DNA of 64,000 nucleotides from Candidatus Parcubacteria bacterium. Lineage in GTDB: Bacteria; Patescibacteriota; Minisyncoccia; Phycocordibacterales; CAIZLB01. Made by a program: the position numbers and the translations under genes. The stretch covers positions 3,772 through 67,771 of the forward strand of contig JBDKLC010000006.1 in NCBI GenBank assembly GCA_039795775.1, given 5' to 3'. Of this stretch, positions 1-11,900 are shown in pieces (position 1 is the first letter of the stretch; the number at the start of each line of letters is the position of its first letter). The notes below the pieces were generated by a model. The model saw only the letters and a list, made by a program, of their open reading frames with translations. It was not told the origin of the DNA and ran no database searches.

Positions 1-225
1 AATCGCTTCAATACATTCTTCATTCAAATACAACTTTTTTGGATTAAGCTTTTGAATATGTGGGATGGAGAAATGATCACCGTGAATATGAGATACCAGC
101 ATCGCATCAACAGAAACACCGTCGAGCTTTTCACTAGGTGTATAACTTCCAACATCAACAGCAAGCTTATACCCTGCGTTTGTTTCGATAATGAAAGCTG
201 ATTGTTCGAGTTGTGTGATTTTCAT
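1..225 (-). CDS. MBL-fold metallo-hydrolase, N-terminal part (runs off window edge)
   Basis: Manual translation from ATG at 225: MKITQLEQSAFIIETNAGYKLAVDVG...AMLVSHIHGDHFS. Contains the HxHxDH motif. Not in the ORF track. Confidence 0.85.
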   Translation of the reverse strand, partial: MKITQLEQSAFIIETNAGYKLAVDVGSYTPSEKLDGVSVDAMLVSHIHGDHFSIPHIQKLNPKKLYLNEECIEAI

Positions 226-270
226 ATTTAAATACTATCATTTGTTATGGGTAGTGCGCTAGCCTCACTA

Positions 271-299
271 TTGATTTATTCAATATTTTGTGGTATTGT
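271..299 (+). promoter_or_regulatory. Putative sigma70 promoter for the SAHH-like gene
   Basis: TTGATT(271-276)-N17-TATTGT(294-299) with upstream TG. Supports ATG 334 as the real start. Confidence 0.45.
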
Positions 300-333
300 C
301 TGTTCCGAACCCCTAGACCTTTTTAATCCACAT

Positions 334-1515
334 ATGTATACCTATCCTCTACTTCAGAGAGTCTTTGAACTCTACGAGGAGGTAGAGCTCGGTAACGTGC
401 TCCTCCTCTCCTGTCAGCATCTCCTGGAACCGCAACTCCAGATGTATCGTCACCTTCTTTCTCTTGGGCTCAAACCCGAGAACTGCGTGATTGTCGGTAA
501 GAACTACTCGACGAACACGGAAGTGATGCAAGAACTTGTCGCTGCGGGCTGCGTCGTTGCTCCCTTCAGTGATACGTTTGAAGCACTACAATCATTCGAC
601 GACTGGTTTAATCAAAAGCTTATGTCATTTGTGCGAGAAGAAATTCTCAAACGACCGATGAAAAGCTACAGCAAAATCATTATTCTCGACGACGGCGGCT
701 TTATGCACCTTGTCGTGAACGAACTTTGCCCGAACTTCACCAATATCGTTGGTATCGAACAGACGTCATCTGGACATCATCGCATCACCAAAGCAGGTGT
801 TCACTTTCCTGTCATTTCGGTCGCACGATCCTATCACAAGCTGCATTATGAGTCGCCGTATATCGCCCGCAATGGCGAACAGCGACTGCTCGATCGCATT
901 CAAAGACAGGGATTGAAAAACCCTCGTGTCTTAGTCTTTGGTCTTGGCGCCATCGGTCGGCAGATTGCTGGTCGATTGCTCTTAGTTGAGCAGTTTGAAG
1001 GATACGTCACTGATCCCAACATAGAGCGTATTCGTTCTGGAGTTGGTGACGTTGCAAACAGAGGTGTCTTCGACCTCCTAGAGAAAGATCATTATCTTCC
1101 TCATGGCGAACTACTTCAACGGATCGGGGACTTCAATCTTCTGATTGGTTGCACCGGTTCATCTGTCCTTCACTCAAGCGACATAGATGCGCTTCATCCA
1201 GAAGCAATGCTGATTAGCATGTCATCGTCTGACAGAGAGTTTCCTTCACAAGCATTTCGGTGCCAAGGCGGAACTGTCCATCAAGACTATATCAATGTCG
1301 GTCGAACTCTGATTAACGCTGGCTTTCCCATCACCTTCGATGGAAAAGGACATGCCATGCCACCAGAGCAGATCGAACTCACTATTTCGCTTCTCATGAT
1401 TCGACTCCTTCAAGAGGTTTCGGATGCTCGTCTTCATTTGCCTTCTGTCGTGAGTCAAATTCACGCACTCTGGCAACCGGATACGGATTCACACATGTGG
1501 AGCATTAACACTTAA
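334..1515 (+). CDS. Divergent S-adenosylhomocysteine hydrolase-like NAD-binding protein
   Basis: Motifs CQHLL, ILDDGG, EQTSSG, KLHYESPY and Rossmann GLGAIG occur in the same order as SAHH motifs (CLH, LDDGG, EETTTG, KxxFDN, GxGxxG). Confidence 0.65.
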   Translation: MYTYPLLQRVFELYEEVELGNVLLLSCQHLLEPQLQMYRHLLSLGLKPENCVIVGKNYSTNTEVMQELVAAGCVVAPFSDTFEALQSFDDWFNQKLMSFVREEILKRPMKSYSKIIILDDGGFMHLVVNELCPNFTNIVGIEQTSSGHHRITKAGVHFPVISVARSYHKLHYESPYIARNGEQRLLDRIQRQGLKNPRVLVFGLGAIGRQIAGRLLLVEQFEGYVTDPNIERIRSGVGDVANRGVFDLLEKDHYLPHGELLQRIGDFNLLIGCTGSSVLHSSDIDALHPEAMLISMSSSDREFPSQAFRCQGGTVHQDYINVGRTLINAGFPITFDGKGHAMPPEQIELTISLLMIRLLQEVSDARLHLPSVVSQIHALWQPDTDSHMWSINT

Positions 1516-1550
1516 CAGCCCCGATTGAAACGGCTTTCAAATAGTTTCAG

Positions 1551-1580
1551 TCCGCGTAGCAATGCTACGCGGATTTTTGT
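1551..1580. terminator. Hairpin between convergent genes
   Basis: TCCGCGTAGC-AAT-GCTACGCGGA followed by TTTTTG. Confidence 0.7.
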
Positions 1581-2045
1581 TTATGAAATAAGAGGCAACC
1601 AGTCTTCTTGTCTTGAACAAGTAGCATTAAAAGATTCAATTGCTTGCATGCGTATTTCTTTATCTTGAACTTGATTGAGAGTAACTCCCGCTTGTTCAAA
1701 TCTATGCCGAGATAGTTGCGACGCATGCGGATCAGACGCGGCATATACGACATGCTTAACACCAGCTAGAATGAGATTGGTTGTACAGTCCCCCATCTTT
1801 TCCCCTTTGCCTCCTGGAGTCCGAGATCCACACGGTTCTACTGTTGTATACACGATATCGTCTTTTTGAATACTGTCACCAACTTTTTGAAGGAGTGCAT
1901 ATTCAGCATGAACACTATCATTAGTACTTACAGCTTCCCCAAGAATATAGCTGTCTCTCACAAGACATGCTGCTACTACTCCGTTTTTGTCGTCGGAGGT
2001 TTCGATGAGAGAAAATAACCGTGTGAATATTTCTTGTTCAGTCAT
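1581..2045 (-). CDS. Zn-dependent CMP/dCMP-type deaminase (stand-alone RibD-like deaminase domain)
   Basis: HAE motif, YTTVEPC...C, and VVYAASDP motif. Confidence 0.8.
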   Translation of the reverse strand: MTEQEIFTRLFSLIETSDDKNGVVAACLVRDSYILGEAVSTNDSVHAEYALLQKVGDSIQKDDIVYTTVEPCGSRTPGGKGEKMGDCTTNLILAGVKHVVYAASDPHASQLSRHRFEQAGVTLNQVQDKEIRMQAIESFNATCSRQEDWLPLIS

Positions 2046-2059
2046 AAAAGCCTTTATAC

Positions 2060-2395
2060 TTAGAATAACTTTCCTCCAATCATAGGCTCCCCCTTATCTG
2101 GTGTGATTAAAATAACTTTACCATCTGCGTCGGGAACGCCGAGCGTGAGTACTTCCGATTCGAAAGGACCAACTCGTCGTGGAGGAAAATTGACTACACC
2201 AAGCACGAGTTTGCCCACGAGCTCTTCTTTTGTATACAGAGCTACTATTTGAACTGAAGAATTCTTAATTCCAATCTCCGGACCAAAATCAATCTTCAAT
2301 TTGTATGCCGGTTTCTTTGCTTCAGGAAAATCGTTTACTTCAATAACCTTTCCTGTTCTTATGTCTAATTTCAAAAAGTCTTCAATGGTTGCCAT
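2060..2395 (-). CDS. csaA: CsaA/Trbp111 tRNA-binding chaperone
   Basis: DFLKLDIRTGKV, AKKPAYKLKIDFG, VVNFPPRRVGPFESEVLTLG. Confidence 0.9.
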   Translation of the reverse strand: MATIEDFLKLDIRTGKVIEVNDFPEAKKPAYKLKIDFGPEIGIKNSSVQIVALYTKEELVGKLVLGVVNFPPRRVGPFESEVLTLGVPDADGKVILITPDKGEPMIGGKLF

Positions 2396-2410
2396 ATGTG
2401 TGTTAATTAA

Positions 2411-3163
2411 TTATATATTCTTTCTACAAACAAAAATAAAGCTCGCCGGGACTTTTTCAGCTTTCTGAAAAGAGTAGTATTTTGAAGGGTCATCATGGCC
2501 ACGGCTCATATTCTTTGGGGCTGGCTCATGATAAGCAATGATATCAAATCCAGCATTTCGGAGAAGTTGAAACCACGTTGATGTCTTTCTGTATGTTATA
2601 TGAACAGTCGTTCCCTCTTTTTTCCAATCTTTTCGCACAAGTGGAGTTTCATCATGATACGCATGTGCGACAACATATTTTCCTTCTTCATAACTAACAT
2701 CTGTAAACAGACTGTGGTCCCAACTCCAAATGAATAACCCACCTTTATGTAGATATGAAGCGATATGTCTCAGTGTTGTTTCTGGGTCAGAAGTCCATCC
2801 AAGTGCATACACCGAGAACACAAGATCAACTGTTGGAATAGTTAATTTATCTTCCATTCTTCCTTTTATGAGATGCACTCTACCCTCTTCAATCTCTTTT
2901 TTATTAAAGCGCTCAGCTTCTTTGAGCTGAACTGAAGAAATATCTACACCGTATACAGCACGTGCGCCGTTGTCTGTAAGGTATTTAATAGACCGTCCAC
3001 TTCCGCAACCCACTTCGAGAAAGGTTTTACCCTTTATTTCAGGGATAAGATTGAGGTCATCTCCGATACCAAATGGTCCCCACACCGGCAGAGCGCTTGC
3101 TTCAGTAAAGTGATCGGCTACCGCATCCCATGTTTTTTCGTTTTCTGAGGTGATATTTTGCAT
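2411..3163 (-). CDS. Class I SAM-dependent methyltransferase
   Basis: FLEVGCGSG motif I and GVDIS. Start set to ATG 3163 because TATAAT lies 6 nt upstream. Confidence 0.85.
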   Translation of the reverse strand: MQNITSENEKTWDAVADHFTEASALPVWGPFGIGDDLNLIPEIKGKTFLEVGCGSGRSIKYLTDNGARAVYGVDISSVQLKEAERFNKKEIEEGRVHLIKGRMEDKLTIPTVDLVFSVYALGWTSDPETTLRHIASYLHKGGLFIWSWDHSLFTDVSYEEGKYVVAHAYHDETPLVRKDWKKEGTTVHITYRKTSTWFQLLRNAGFDIIAYHEPAPKNMSRGHDDPSKYYSFQKAEKVPASFIFVCRKNI

Positions 3164-3183
3164 AGGTAAATTATAGTACCGCA

Positions 3184-3759
3184 TTAAATCATATCTGCGA
3201 TATCTAATTCCATCATTTTTATAATCTCTTCAAAAAGGAGTGGAAACTCTGTATATCCTGCAGCAGTATTCAAATGTCTCCCTTGTGCAATTGTGATTAA
3301 TTCAGCTCCAAGATAATCTCGCATTTCTTCAGCTTGAGCATAGGGTACGTGCTGATCATTATCAGAGCTTATTGCAACAAGTTTTTTTACAGATTTTTTT
3401 ATCTTTTCTTTATCAAGAGGAATTTGTGTAAATTCATCTAATTCTGAAAAATGTATTGGACTAATAAAACCAGCAACAAGTACAGCACCCCCTACTTTTA
3501 TATCATCAGGAAGTGTTTCAATATAATGAAGGATAGTACTACACCCCAAACTATGACCTACGAAATAAGTATCTTCATTAGGATCTTTTACTATAGATTG
3601 CATATAAGAAACCCACTCTGCCTTCTGTGGTGTATCTGTATGCGGCATAGCTGGAACAACTACATCAATAGTATGTTTTTCGAGCTGCATTTTGAGCCAT
3701 GGGAACCAGTTGCTGTCTGGATGACCTCCATACCCATGAACGATATAGACTTTTTTCAT
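3184..3759 (-). CDS. RBBP9/YdeN family alpha/beta serine hydrolase
   Basis: IVHGYGG...NWFPWL, GHSLG nucleophile elbow, SDND, GRHLN. Confidence 0.9.
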   Translation of the reverse strand: MKKVYIVHGYGGHPDSNWFPWLKMQLEKHTIDVVVPAMPHTDTPQKAEWVSYMQSIVKDPNEDTYFVGHSLGCSTILHYIETLPDDIKVGGAVLVAGFISPIHFSELDEFTQIPLDKEKIKKSVKKLVAISSDNDQHVPYAQAEEMRDYLGAELITIAQGRHLNTAAGYTEFPLLFEEIIKMMELDIADMI

Positions 3760-3794
3760 GAGTAGATTATATCAAATCTGAGAACCCTCTCGCT

Positions 3795-5312
3795 TTATTC
3801 TGCCTTTTGTTTTTCTATAGCCTTATCCACTTCATCCAAATCACTCTCAATTGCCTCTTTAATTTCTTTTTCTTCCTTTGATAGAGTACGAGTATGTCGA
3901 GTACGTTGTAATATCTCGAGATGCTTTTCAAGTCGTTTTTTCAATGAGATAAGTACTTTTGTTGTATCTCCTTTCACCAACGCATTACGTGTTATAAATT
4001 TGTTTCGAAGCTTCGTATAGTGACGTCCGAGTTTGAATGCACCCAGTATCAATATTATAAGTCCACATACCGTTATGATCGCAAAGTAGATGGCAGGGAT
4101 ACTGAATGACCCAACAGTAATGAGTAGTGGTTGTTCAGATGAAGTAGTTGGCTGTACTGGTTCTGGCAAGCGATTCACCATAGGTGATACATTGAAAGTT
4201 CCGAGAGCATCGACACTATTACCAGCACGATCGAACGCGAGCAATTTTACGGTATTGTCACCAACAGTATTTACTTCAATACTGTACTTCCCGTTTACAA
4301 ATTCTGAAGAAGGAACCTGCTTCATCAATACATCATTGACGAATATTTCATAGTGATCCAATCCAGAAGTTTCGTCTACGATATCAGAGTCAATATTCAA
4401 CACTCTCTTTTGTTCATCATAAGAAAATGTGACGTCATTCTTTTGTGGAACAATACTATCTATTCGAGCAATGTATGTACTTGTTGGACCCCACACCCCA
4501 TCTTTACGTGCTCGAACTTTGAAATACCATGTTCCATCTTTCAAATCCTGAACTGATTTTTGATTTATAGCTGGACTATACGCTACTCGAGGTGACCCAG
4601 ACGTATTATTATCAATACCCGTTTGTACTGCGTCTACTCCTGTCGGTACTTTCCATCTAAACAAAGGATTGTTATCTTTGTACCATAATTCCTGAGAAGG
4701 ATGCGTTGGTGATGTAATTTGCAAAGATGCAGTTGAAAGAGCTGATGATGGAGCAGGAGTTGGTGCTGGAGTTGGAGTTGGAATAACAGGAACTGCAGGC
4801 TCCTCCTTCTTATCAATAGCTATTGTTTTACCTCTTTTACTTGTAAGAACGTCAGTACCTAGGCCGTCATTTGCTCGAATAGCTGCATCTGAAAAAATAA
4901 GATCAGCTTTACCTGGAGCCTTAGCTTTTACAACAATAGATAACGCTGTGCCGTTTGAACCTGTGAATCCAGGAGTTGGAACGCCCCCATTGAAGGTAAT
5001 AACGCCTGTTAAATTTGAATATGATGGTTCTTCTACCCACAAAGAAAATACCGAACTACCTTTGCTTACAGAAACTACTTCTAACAAATCTTTTGGGAAG
5101 ATGATTTTTGCTTCTGCGTTGTTTATTGCAACACCTTCTGAATTTATCACCACAGACAAAGTCATAATGCTTCCAGGTGACAATGTAGCAGCATTTGAAT
5201 TGATCTGCATTGTCGCAGCATCAGCACTACTGTATCCAAAACAGAATATAAGAACAGCGAGTAGAGTTATGAGATGTGCTATTTTATTTTTTATCATTTT
5301 TTTTAAGTCCAT
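3795..5312 (-). CDS. Membrane-anchored cohesin-domain protein (signal, cohesin, Pro/Thr linker, Ig-like domains, TM helix, cytoplasmic coiled coil)
   Basis: AINNAEAKIIFPKDLLEV..SVFSLWVEEP..ITFNGGVPTPGF..ANDGLGT is a CPR-type cohesin pattern. Also a PTPTPAP linker, a hydrophobic segment IYFAIITVCGLIILILGAF, and a charged tail. Confidence 0.75.
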   Translation of the reverse strand: MDLKKMIKNKIAHLITLLAVLIFCFGYSSADAATMQINSNAATLSPGSIMTLSVVINSEGVAINNAEAKIIFPKDLLEVVSVSKGSSVFSLWVEEPSYSNLTGVITFNGGVPTPGFTGSNGTALSIVVKAKAPGKADLIFSDAAIRANDGLGTDVLTSKRGKTIAIDKKEEPAVPVIPTPTPAPTPAPSSALSTASLQITSPTHPSQELWYKDNNPLFRWKVPTGVDAVQTGIDNNTSGSPRVAYSPAINQKSVQDLKDGTWYFKVRARKDGVWGPTSTYIARIDSIVPQKNDVTFSYDEQKRVLNIDSDIVDETSGLDHYEIFVNDVLMKQVPSSEFVNGKYSIEVNTVGDNTVKLLAFDRAGNSVDALGTFNVSPMVNRLPEPVQPTTSSEQPLLITVGSFSIPAIYFAIITVCGLIILILGAFKLGRHYTKLRNKFITRNALVKGDTTKVLISLKKRLEKHLEILQRTRHTRTLSKEEKEIKEAIESDLDEVDKAIEKQKAE

Positions 5313-5913
5313 ACTTCAAAATAAGTGCGAGAAGAACAACGACTAATGAAATAATTATAGCATAATTATTTTTACTAGAATTAACTGGAACTGTATTTAT
5401 TTGCTTTTGTTGATTTTGTTTATCTTTGTCGATAGTAATATCGAGAGATTTTGAAGAAACAACTTCTTTTGTCCCTTTTCCATCGTTGAGATATGCGCTG
5501 CCATTTATATATGAAAGAGTAAGAGGGCCAGAAACCGTTGGAGAAAGACGAAGTCTAAAAAGGAGTCCTTCTTTGTCAAAACCTCCGGGCACTCCTCCCG
5601 CAAAACTAATAGATCTTTTTTCTGCATCGTACTGTGGAGGAGTTGGCCACATTGGCAAAACTGATTGGCCATTTTCTATCTGAACTGACACATTGTCTGA
5701 TGCTGCTCCGGAAAGTTGTATTTCACCATCAACAACGTTCAGTCTCTTTGATTGTGGGTCAATACGAATTTCAACAATTGTCGCTGGATCATTTGCATTT
5801 ACGTTTTGAACCTCATGAAAGGTTAACTCAGCAGCAATTATACTCTGTGGAATGCAGATAAAGCACAGTACTAAGATACCGCTAATAAAATAATTTGAAC
5901 GTACGTTGGACAT
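5284..5913 (-). CDS. Small membrane-anchored cohesin-domain protein
   Basis: Signal peptide; LNVVDGEI..SVLPMWPTPP..ISFAGGVPGGF..AYLNDGKGT, paralogous to the neighbour's cohesin; C-terminal TM followed by a Lys-rich tail. Confidence 0.75.
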   Translation of the reverse strand: MSNVRSNYFISGILVLCFICIPQSIIAAELTFHEVQNVNANDPATIVEIRIDPQSKRLNVVDGEIQLSGAASDNVSVQIENGQSVLPMWPTPPQYDAEKRSISFAGGVPGGFDKEGLLFRLRLSPTVSGPLTLSYINGSAYLNDGKGTKEVVSSKSLDITIDKDKQNQQKQINTVPVNSSKNNYAIIISLVVVLLALILKYGLKKNDKK

Positions 5914-5915
5914 TG

Positions 5916-8900
5916 TTATTGTTTTTTAAATGCAATTGGAGTCTTCCCCCACTGGTAAAGCAAAATCGAGAAGTCTACTGAATCAACCTTTCCATCACGG
6001 TTTATATCAACACCCTGATTTTTGAATGGTGCAGAAGTTTTCCAGAATGCGAGCATTATAGAGAAATCAACTGAGTTTACCTTACAATCACCATTCAAGT
6101 CAGCTCCAGTAATCGCACATTTCATACCGGTTGGAATTGGTATTGATACTGGTGCTGGAGATGATCCGCCTCCTCCCCCGCCACCACTTCCTCCTGTGCC
6201 ACCTGTTGGTGGAGTAACTGGAGTAGTTGTAACAGCGGTGAATGATTGATTCGCTGAAGAAGAATCTGAACCGAAGAGTACCTTGAAGTGGAAGTAGTAA
6301 TTACCCGCAACAGGCACAGTTGAATTGAGTGTTGTATCGAAGTTTGCACCTGGCTGAATTAATTTTGCTGCTGTTGAACTAAAGATATCATCACCACCTC
6401 CACATTCATTTGATGAAGAATCAGTCACGCACCATGTATATTGATATTCATACGCAATAGAACCTTCGTTTGTTATTCGTACGTTTGTTGAAATTGTCGG
6501 AACAACAAGACTAGAGAAGCTCTGAATCAAAACTTGTGCAGGTGCACCTGGTGTGGCACTTACTATAGATGAAGCTGTACTTGTTCCAATAACATTCTTT
6601 GCACTAATTCTAAAGTCATATGAATTATCATTTGAGAGACTTGTGACTGTTGTTGCAGGAGTTGTTCCTACACCATCATTAAATACAGCCCATGTGCCTC
6701 CCGATGATAATTTGTATTCAATAACATAATCTGTAAGTGCTGAGCCTCCATTTGATATTGGTGCAGTCCACGAAAGATCTATACTGCTGTCTTGTACTGT
6801 TGCAGCAAGGTTTGTTGGTGCGCCTGGAATAGTCGCTGGTGTGACGCCACCACTTGAACCTGAAGACACACTTGTTCCAAGTGCATTTGTTGCTGTCACT
6901 GTGAATGTATATGTTACGCCATTTGTAAGACCATTCATGACAATTGAGTTTGTCGAACTTGTTGCTGTAAAGCCACCTGTGTTTGATGTCACTGTGTAGT
7001 ACTGAATCGCTGATCCATTTGAAGCTGGTACTGACCATGTCACACCGGCACTTTGATCACCAATTGTTGCGGCTACGTTTGTCGGCGCATCAGGTACAGT
7101 GGCTGGTGTTACTGAGTTTGAAACCACAGACGCTGTACTTGTACCAAGTGCGTTTGTTGCTGTCACTGTAAATGTATATGCCTGGCCATTTGTAAGACCA
7201 GTCACAGTTATTGGTGAACTTCCTCCTGATGCAGTGAAGCCACCAGTGTTTGAAGTCACGGTATATGAAGTGATCGCAGAACCTCCGTTTGAAACTGGTG
7301 GTGTAAATGTAATTGTTGCTTGGCCGTTTCCGCTCACGGCTGTGACACTTGTTGGCGCATCAGGCGCTGTAGCTGGTGTCACTGAGTTTGATGCCACAGA
7401 GGCTGTACTTGTTCCAAGTGCATTTGTTGCTGTTACTGTAAAGGTGTATGTTGTTCCATTACTAAGTCCACTTACAATCGCACTTGAAGTTGTTGTTGTA
7501 GCGATAAATCCACCAGTATTTGATGAAATAGTGTAAAGAGTGATCGCAGAACCTCCATTTGAAACTGGTGCTGTAAATGAAATTGTTGCTTGACCATTTC
7601 CTGAGACAGCTGTTACCGATGTTGGAGCATCAGGCACGGTGGCTGGTGTTACTGAGTTTGATGCCACTGAGGCACTACTTGTTCCCACAGCGTTTGTTGC
7701 AGTAACAGAGAAAATATATGCTGTACCATTTGAAAGTCCTGTAATTGTGATTGGAGAGTTACCACCAGACACACTAAAGTTTCCAATATTTGAATTCACT
7801 GTGTAGTACAAAATAGTTGATCCACCATTTGATACTGGTGGTGTAAATGTAATTGTTGCTTGGCCGTTTCCTGAGACAGCACTTACAGATGTTGGAGCAT
7901 CAGGCACTGTCGCTGGTGTCACAGAATTTGAAGTTCCAGATACTGTACTTGTTCCCACAGCGTTTGAAGCTGTCACAGTAAATGTATATGTTGTGCCATT
8001 ACTAAGTCCTGTAATAGTGATTGGTGAATTTCCACCTGTTGCAGTGAAGCCACCAGTGTTTGATGTCACTGTGTAATACGTAATTGCAGAACCTCCGTTT
8101 GAAACTGGAGCTGTAAATGAAATTGTTGCTTGGCCATTACCACTCACGGCTGTGACACTTGTTGGTGCATCAGGAACAGTGGCTGGTGTTACAGAATTTG
8201 AAGTTGCAGATGGTGTACTTGTTCCCACACTGTTTGTCGCTGTAACAGTGAATGTATATGTTGTTCCGTTTGTAAGACCTGTGATTGTGATTGGTGAACT
8301 TCCGCCTGTCGCTGTAAATCCTCCGACATTTGATGTCACAGTATATGAGGTAATCGCTGAACCTCCATTTGATACTGGTGCATTGAACGTGATAGTTGCC
8401 TCCCCATTTCCACGCACAGCTGTAACACTTGTTGGTGCGTCAGGAACTGTGGCTGGTGTTACTGAGTTTGAAGCCGTTGAACTCGCACTTGTTCCCACCG
8501 CATTATTTGCTGTGACAGTAAATGTGTATGTTGTTCCATTTGAAAGTCCTGTCACAACAATCGGTGATGAACCTCCTGTTGCGGTAAAGCCTCCAATATT
8601 TGATGTCACCGTGTATGAAGTGATCGCTGCGCCTCCATTTGAAACAGGAGCAGTGAATGAAATTGTTGCTTCGCCGTTGCCTCGTACTGCACTTACACCT
8701 GTTGGTGCACCTGCAACAGTTGCTGGTGTTACTGAGTTTGAAGTTGCAGATTGAGTACTTGTTCCGTATGCATTACTTGCTGTGACAGTGAATGTGTATG
8801 TTGTTCCGTTTGTAAGTCCAGTGATTGTGATTGGTGACGAACCGCCTGTTGCTGTAAAGCCACCTGTGTTTGAAGTCACTGTGTAATATGTAATGGCTGA

Positions 8901-11900
8901 ACCACCATTTGAAACAGGAGCAGTGAATGAAATTGTCGCTTCACCATTTCCTGAGACAGCACTTACGCCAGTTGGTGCACCTGGAGTAGTTACAGGCATA
9001 ACAGAATTTGATGCAATTGATGGAGAACTTGTTCCGACTGCATTTGTTGCTGTCACAGTAAAGTTATATGTTGTGCCGTTTGTTAGACCTGTTACAACCA
9101 CTGGTGATGCTCCGCTATGCACTACAAATCCTCCTGTGTTTGAAGATACTGTGTAATAAAGTACGGATGAGTATCCATCACTTGCTCCTGGTGTGAATGT
9201 TACTGTAGCTTCTCCATTCCCAGCTGTTGCAACACCAATAGTAGGTGCATCTGGAACAGTGGCTGGTGAAATTGAATTACTTGCAACTGATGCTGAGCTT
9301 GTACCCACAGCATTCGTTGCTGTCACTGTGAATGTATATGCCTGACCGTTTGTAAGACCAGTCACGATGAGTGGTGATGAAGTACCGGATGTTGTAAGTC
9401 CACCTGTATTTGAAGTAACTGTGTAGTACAAGATACTTGATCCGCCATTTGAAACAGGAGCAGTGAATGAAATTGTTGCTTGGCCATTTCCTCGAACAGC
9501 AGTGATGCTTGTTGGTGCATCAGGAACTGTCGCAGGAGTTACAGAATTTGAAGCTGTTGATGCAGTACTTGTTCCAACACCATTTGTTGCTGTCACTGTA
9601 AATGTGTATGCCTGACCATTTGTAAGACCTGTGATTGTACGTGGTGAACCATTACCTGAAGCTGTAAATCCTCCAGTGTTTGAACTTACTGTGTAATACG
9701 TAATCGCTGAACCTCCGTTTGAAACCGGTGGTGTAAATGTGATTGTGGCCTGACCATTTCCTGAAACAGCTGTGGCCCCAGTTGGAGCATCAGGAACAGT
9801 AGCTGGTGTCACAGAATTTGAAACTGAAGATGCAGTGCTTGTTCCTGCACTATTTGTCGCTGTTACAGTAAATGTATATACCTGACCGTTAGTGAGACCT
9901 GTCACAACAATCGGAGATGAACCTCCTGTTGCTGTAAAGCCTCCAGTGTTTGATGTCACTGTGTAATATGAAATTGATGCTCCTCCATTATCAACTGGTG
10001 GTGTAAATGTAATTGTCGCCTGGCCATTTCCTGCTACAGCGGTTACTCCTGTTGGTGCATTTGGCACTGTCGCTGGTGTTACAGAATTTGTTGTGGCAGA
10101 TGCAGTACTTGTTCCAGCCGCATTAGTTGCTTTCACTGTAAATGTATATGTCTGACCGTTTGTGAGACCTGTCACAACAATCGGTGATGATCCGCCTGTT
10201 GCTGTAAATCCTCCAGTGTTTGATGTCACTGTGTAGTACAAGATACTTGATCCACCGTTTGATACTGGTGGTGTAAATGTGATTGTGGCCTGACCATTTC
10301 CACCAGTTGCTGTTCCAATTGTTGGTGCATCAGGGATAGTCGCTGGAGTGACAGCATTACTTGTTGCAGAAGAAATACTTGTTCCGTTTGCATTTGTTGC
10401 TGTGACTGTGAATGTATATGTTGTGCCGTTTGTTAATCCTGTGATTGTAATTGGTGATCCTCCACTTGTTGCAGTAAAGCCACCAGGACTTGATGTAACT
10501 GTGTAAGATAAAATTTGTCCCCCTCCAGTGTTTGCTGGTGGAGTGAATGTGATTGTTGCTTGGCCATTTCCTGCTACAGCAACAATATTTGTTGGAGCAT
10601 CTGGTGCAACTTGATAATTAAAATATGGATATGTGACTGCCTCATCAATGTTCCAAATTGGAAGAGTTGTGAAATCCCAATTCGTAAATGTCGCCTGAGC
10701 TTCCATCTGTGTCGTTGTCTTTCCAGAAGTGTTTGTAGGAGTTGTCGCATTTCCTGCTCCATCTGTTTTTCCAGAAGTTGTAGTATCCCAATAACTTGAT
10801 GCCCATGTTCCACTTACTGGGTTACCTACAATTCCTCCTGCATATTGAAGTAACCCAGATGAACCTGTTGCACCTGTACTTCCATTACTTCCTCCTGTTC
10901 CACCAGTTCCTGCACTACCTCCGGCACCTCCGACTGCTCCAGAAGTTTTTGTTGCTGTCGGAACACCAGCTGAGTATGCATTAGTAACAAGAGAAGTTGC
11001 ATGACTTCCCAAAAGCCCTCCGACAAATGCACTAGCACCTGCACCTCCGATTGTTCCGTTTCCTCCGTTACCATTTGCTCCAGCAATTCCTCCTCCAGCT
11101 GCTCCGCCGTTTCCACCAGCGCCACCGGCCCCTCCAAATCCAGCAGACCCTGCTGTTGCAGTAACGTTACCAAGAGCATATGCGTTTGTAATTGTTCCAG
11201 TGTTATCTCCAACAAGTCCTCCTCCTGTCACAGCACCACCAGCGCCTCCAGTACCTCCAGATAAACCTGGTTGACCAGCACCACCGTTACCTGAACCACC
11301 AGATCCGCCCACACCTCCACTGCCTCCTTTTCCTCCAGTTCCTCCAGCAGCACCATTTCCTCCTGTCATTGTTACTGTTGTTGATGCATAGCTGTTACTA
11401 AAAGATCCAGTAGAAATGTTAGAACCAATAAGTCCTCCGGCAATACTTGCTCCACCAGTTCCTCCACCTGATCCTCCAGCGGCAGCTCCTCCGGCTCCTC
11501 CGGCAAGAGTTCCACCATTTCCTCCAGTTCCAGATGTACCTCGTACCCCTGCCGCTCCTCCGTTGCCTCCAACTGTTGTAACGGTGCCAGCTGTCCAAGA
11601 ATTTGATACAACTCCAGCCGTAAAGTTATAACCGATAAGACCTCCAGCATGTAATGCACCACCGTTTCCTGCATCTGCAGTTACACCTTGGTTACCACCT
11701 GCACCTCCAGCACCTGTTGCTCCACCAGTTCCTCCGTTACCTCCATTTCCTCCGTTTCCGCCCGCGCCTCCAGTAGCACCAGTAACTGAAACAGCACCAA
11801 CTGAGTAAACCGTTGAAATTGTACCGAGGTTATACCCTGTAAATCCACCACCGTATTTAACACCGCCAGCAGCACCAGTAGCACTTGCACCGGCATTAGC

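Noticed and set aside
6545-10610. 270-bp tandem repeats as a CRISPR array or DGR template/variable pair
   Set aside because: They are in-frame coding FN3 units differing mostly at synonymous sites. There is no repeat-spacer pattern or adenine-specific variation, and no cas or reverse transcriptase gene in the window.
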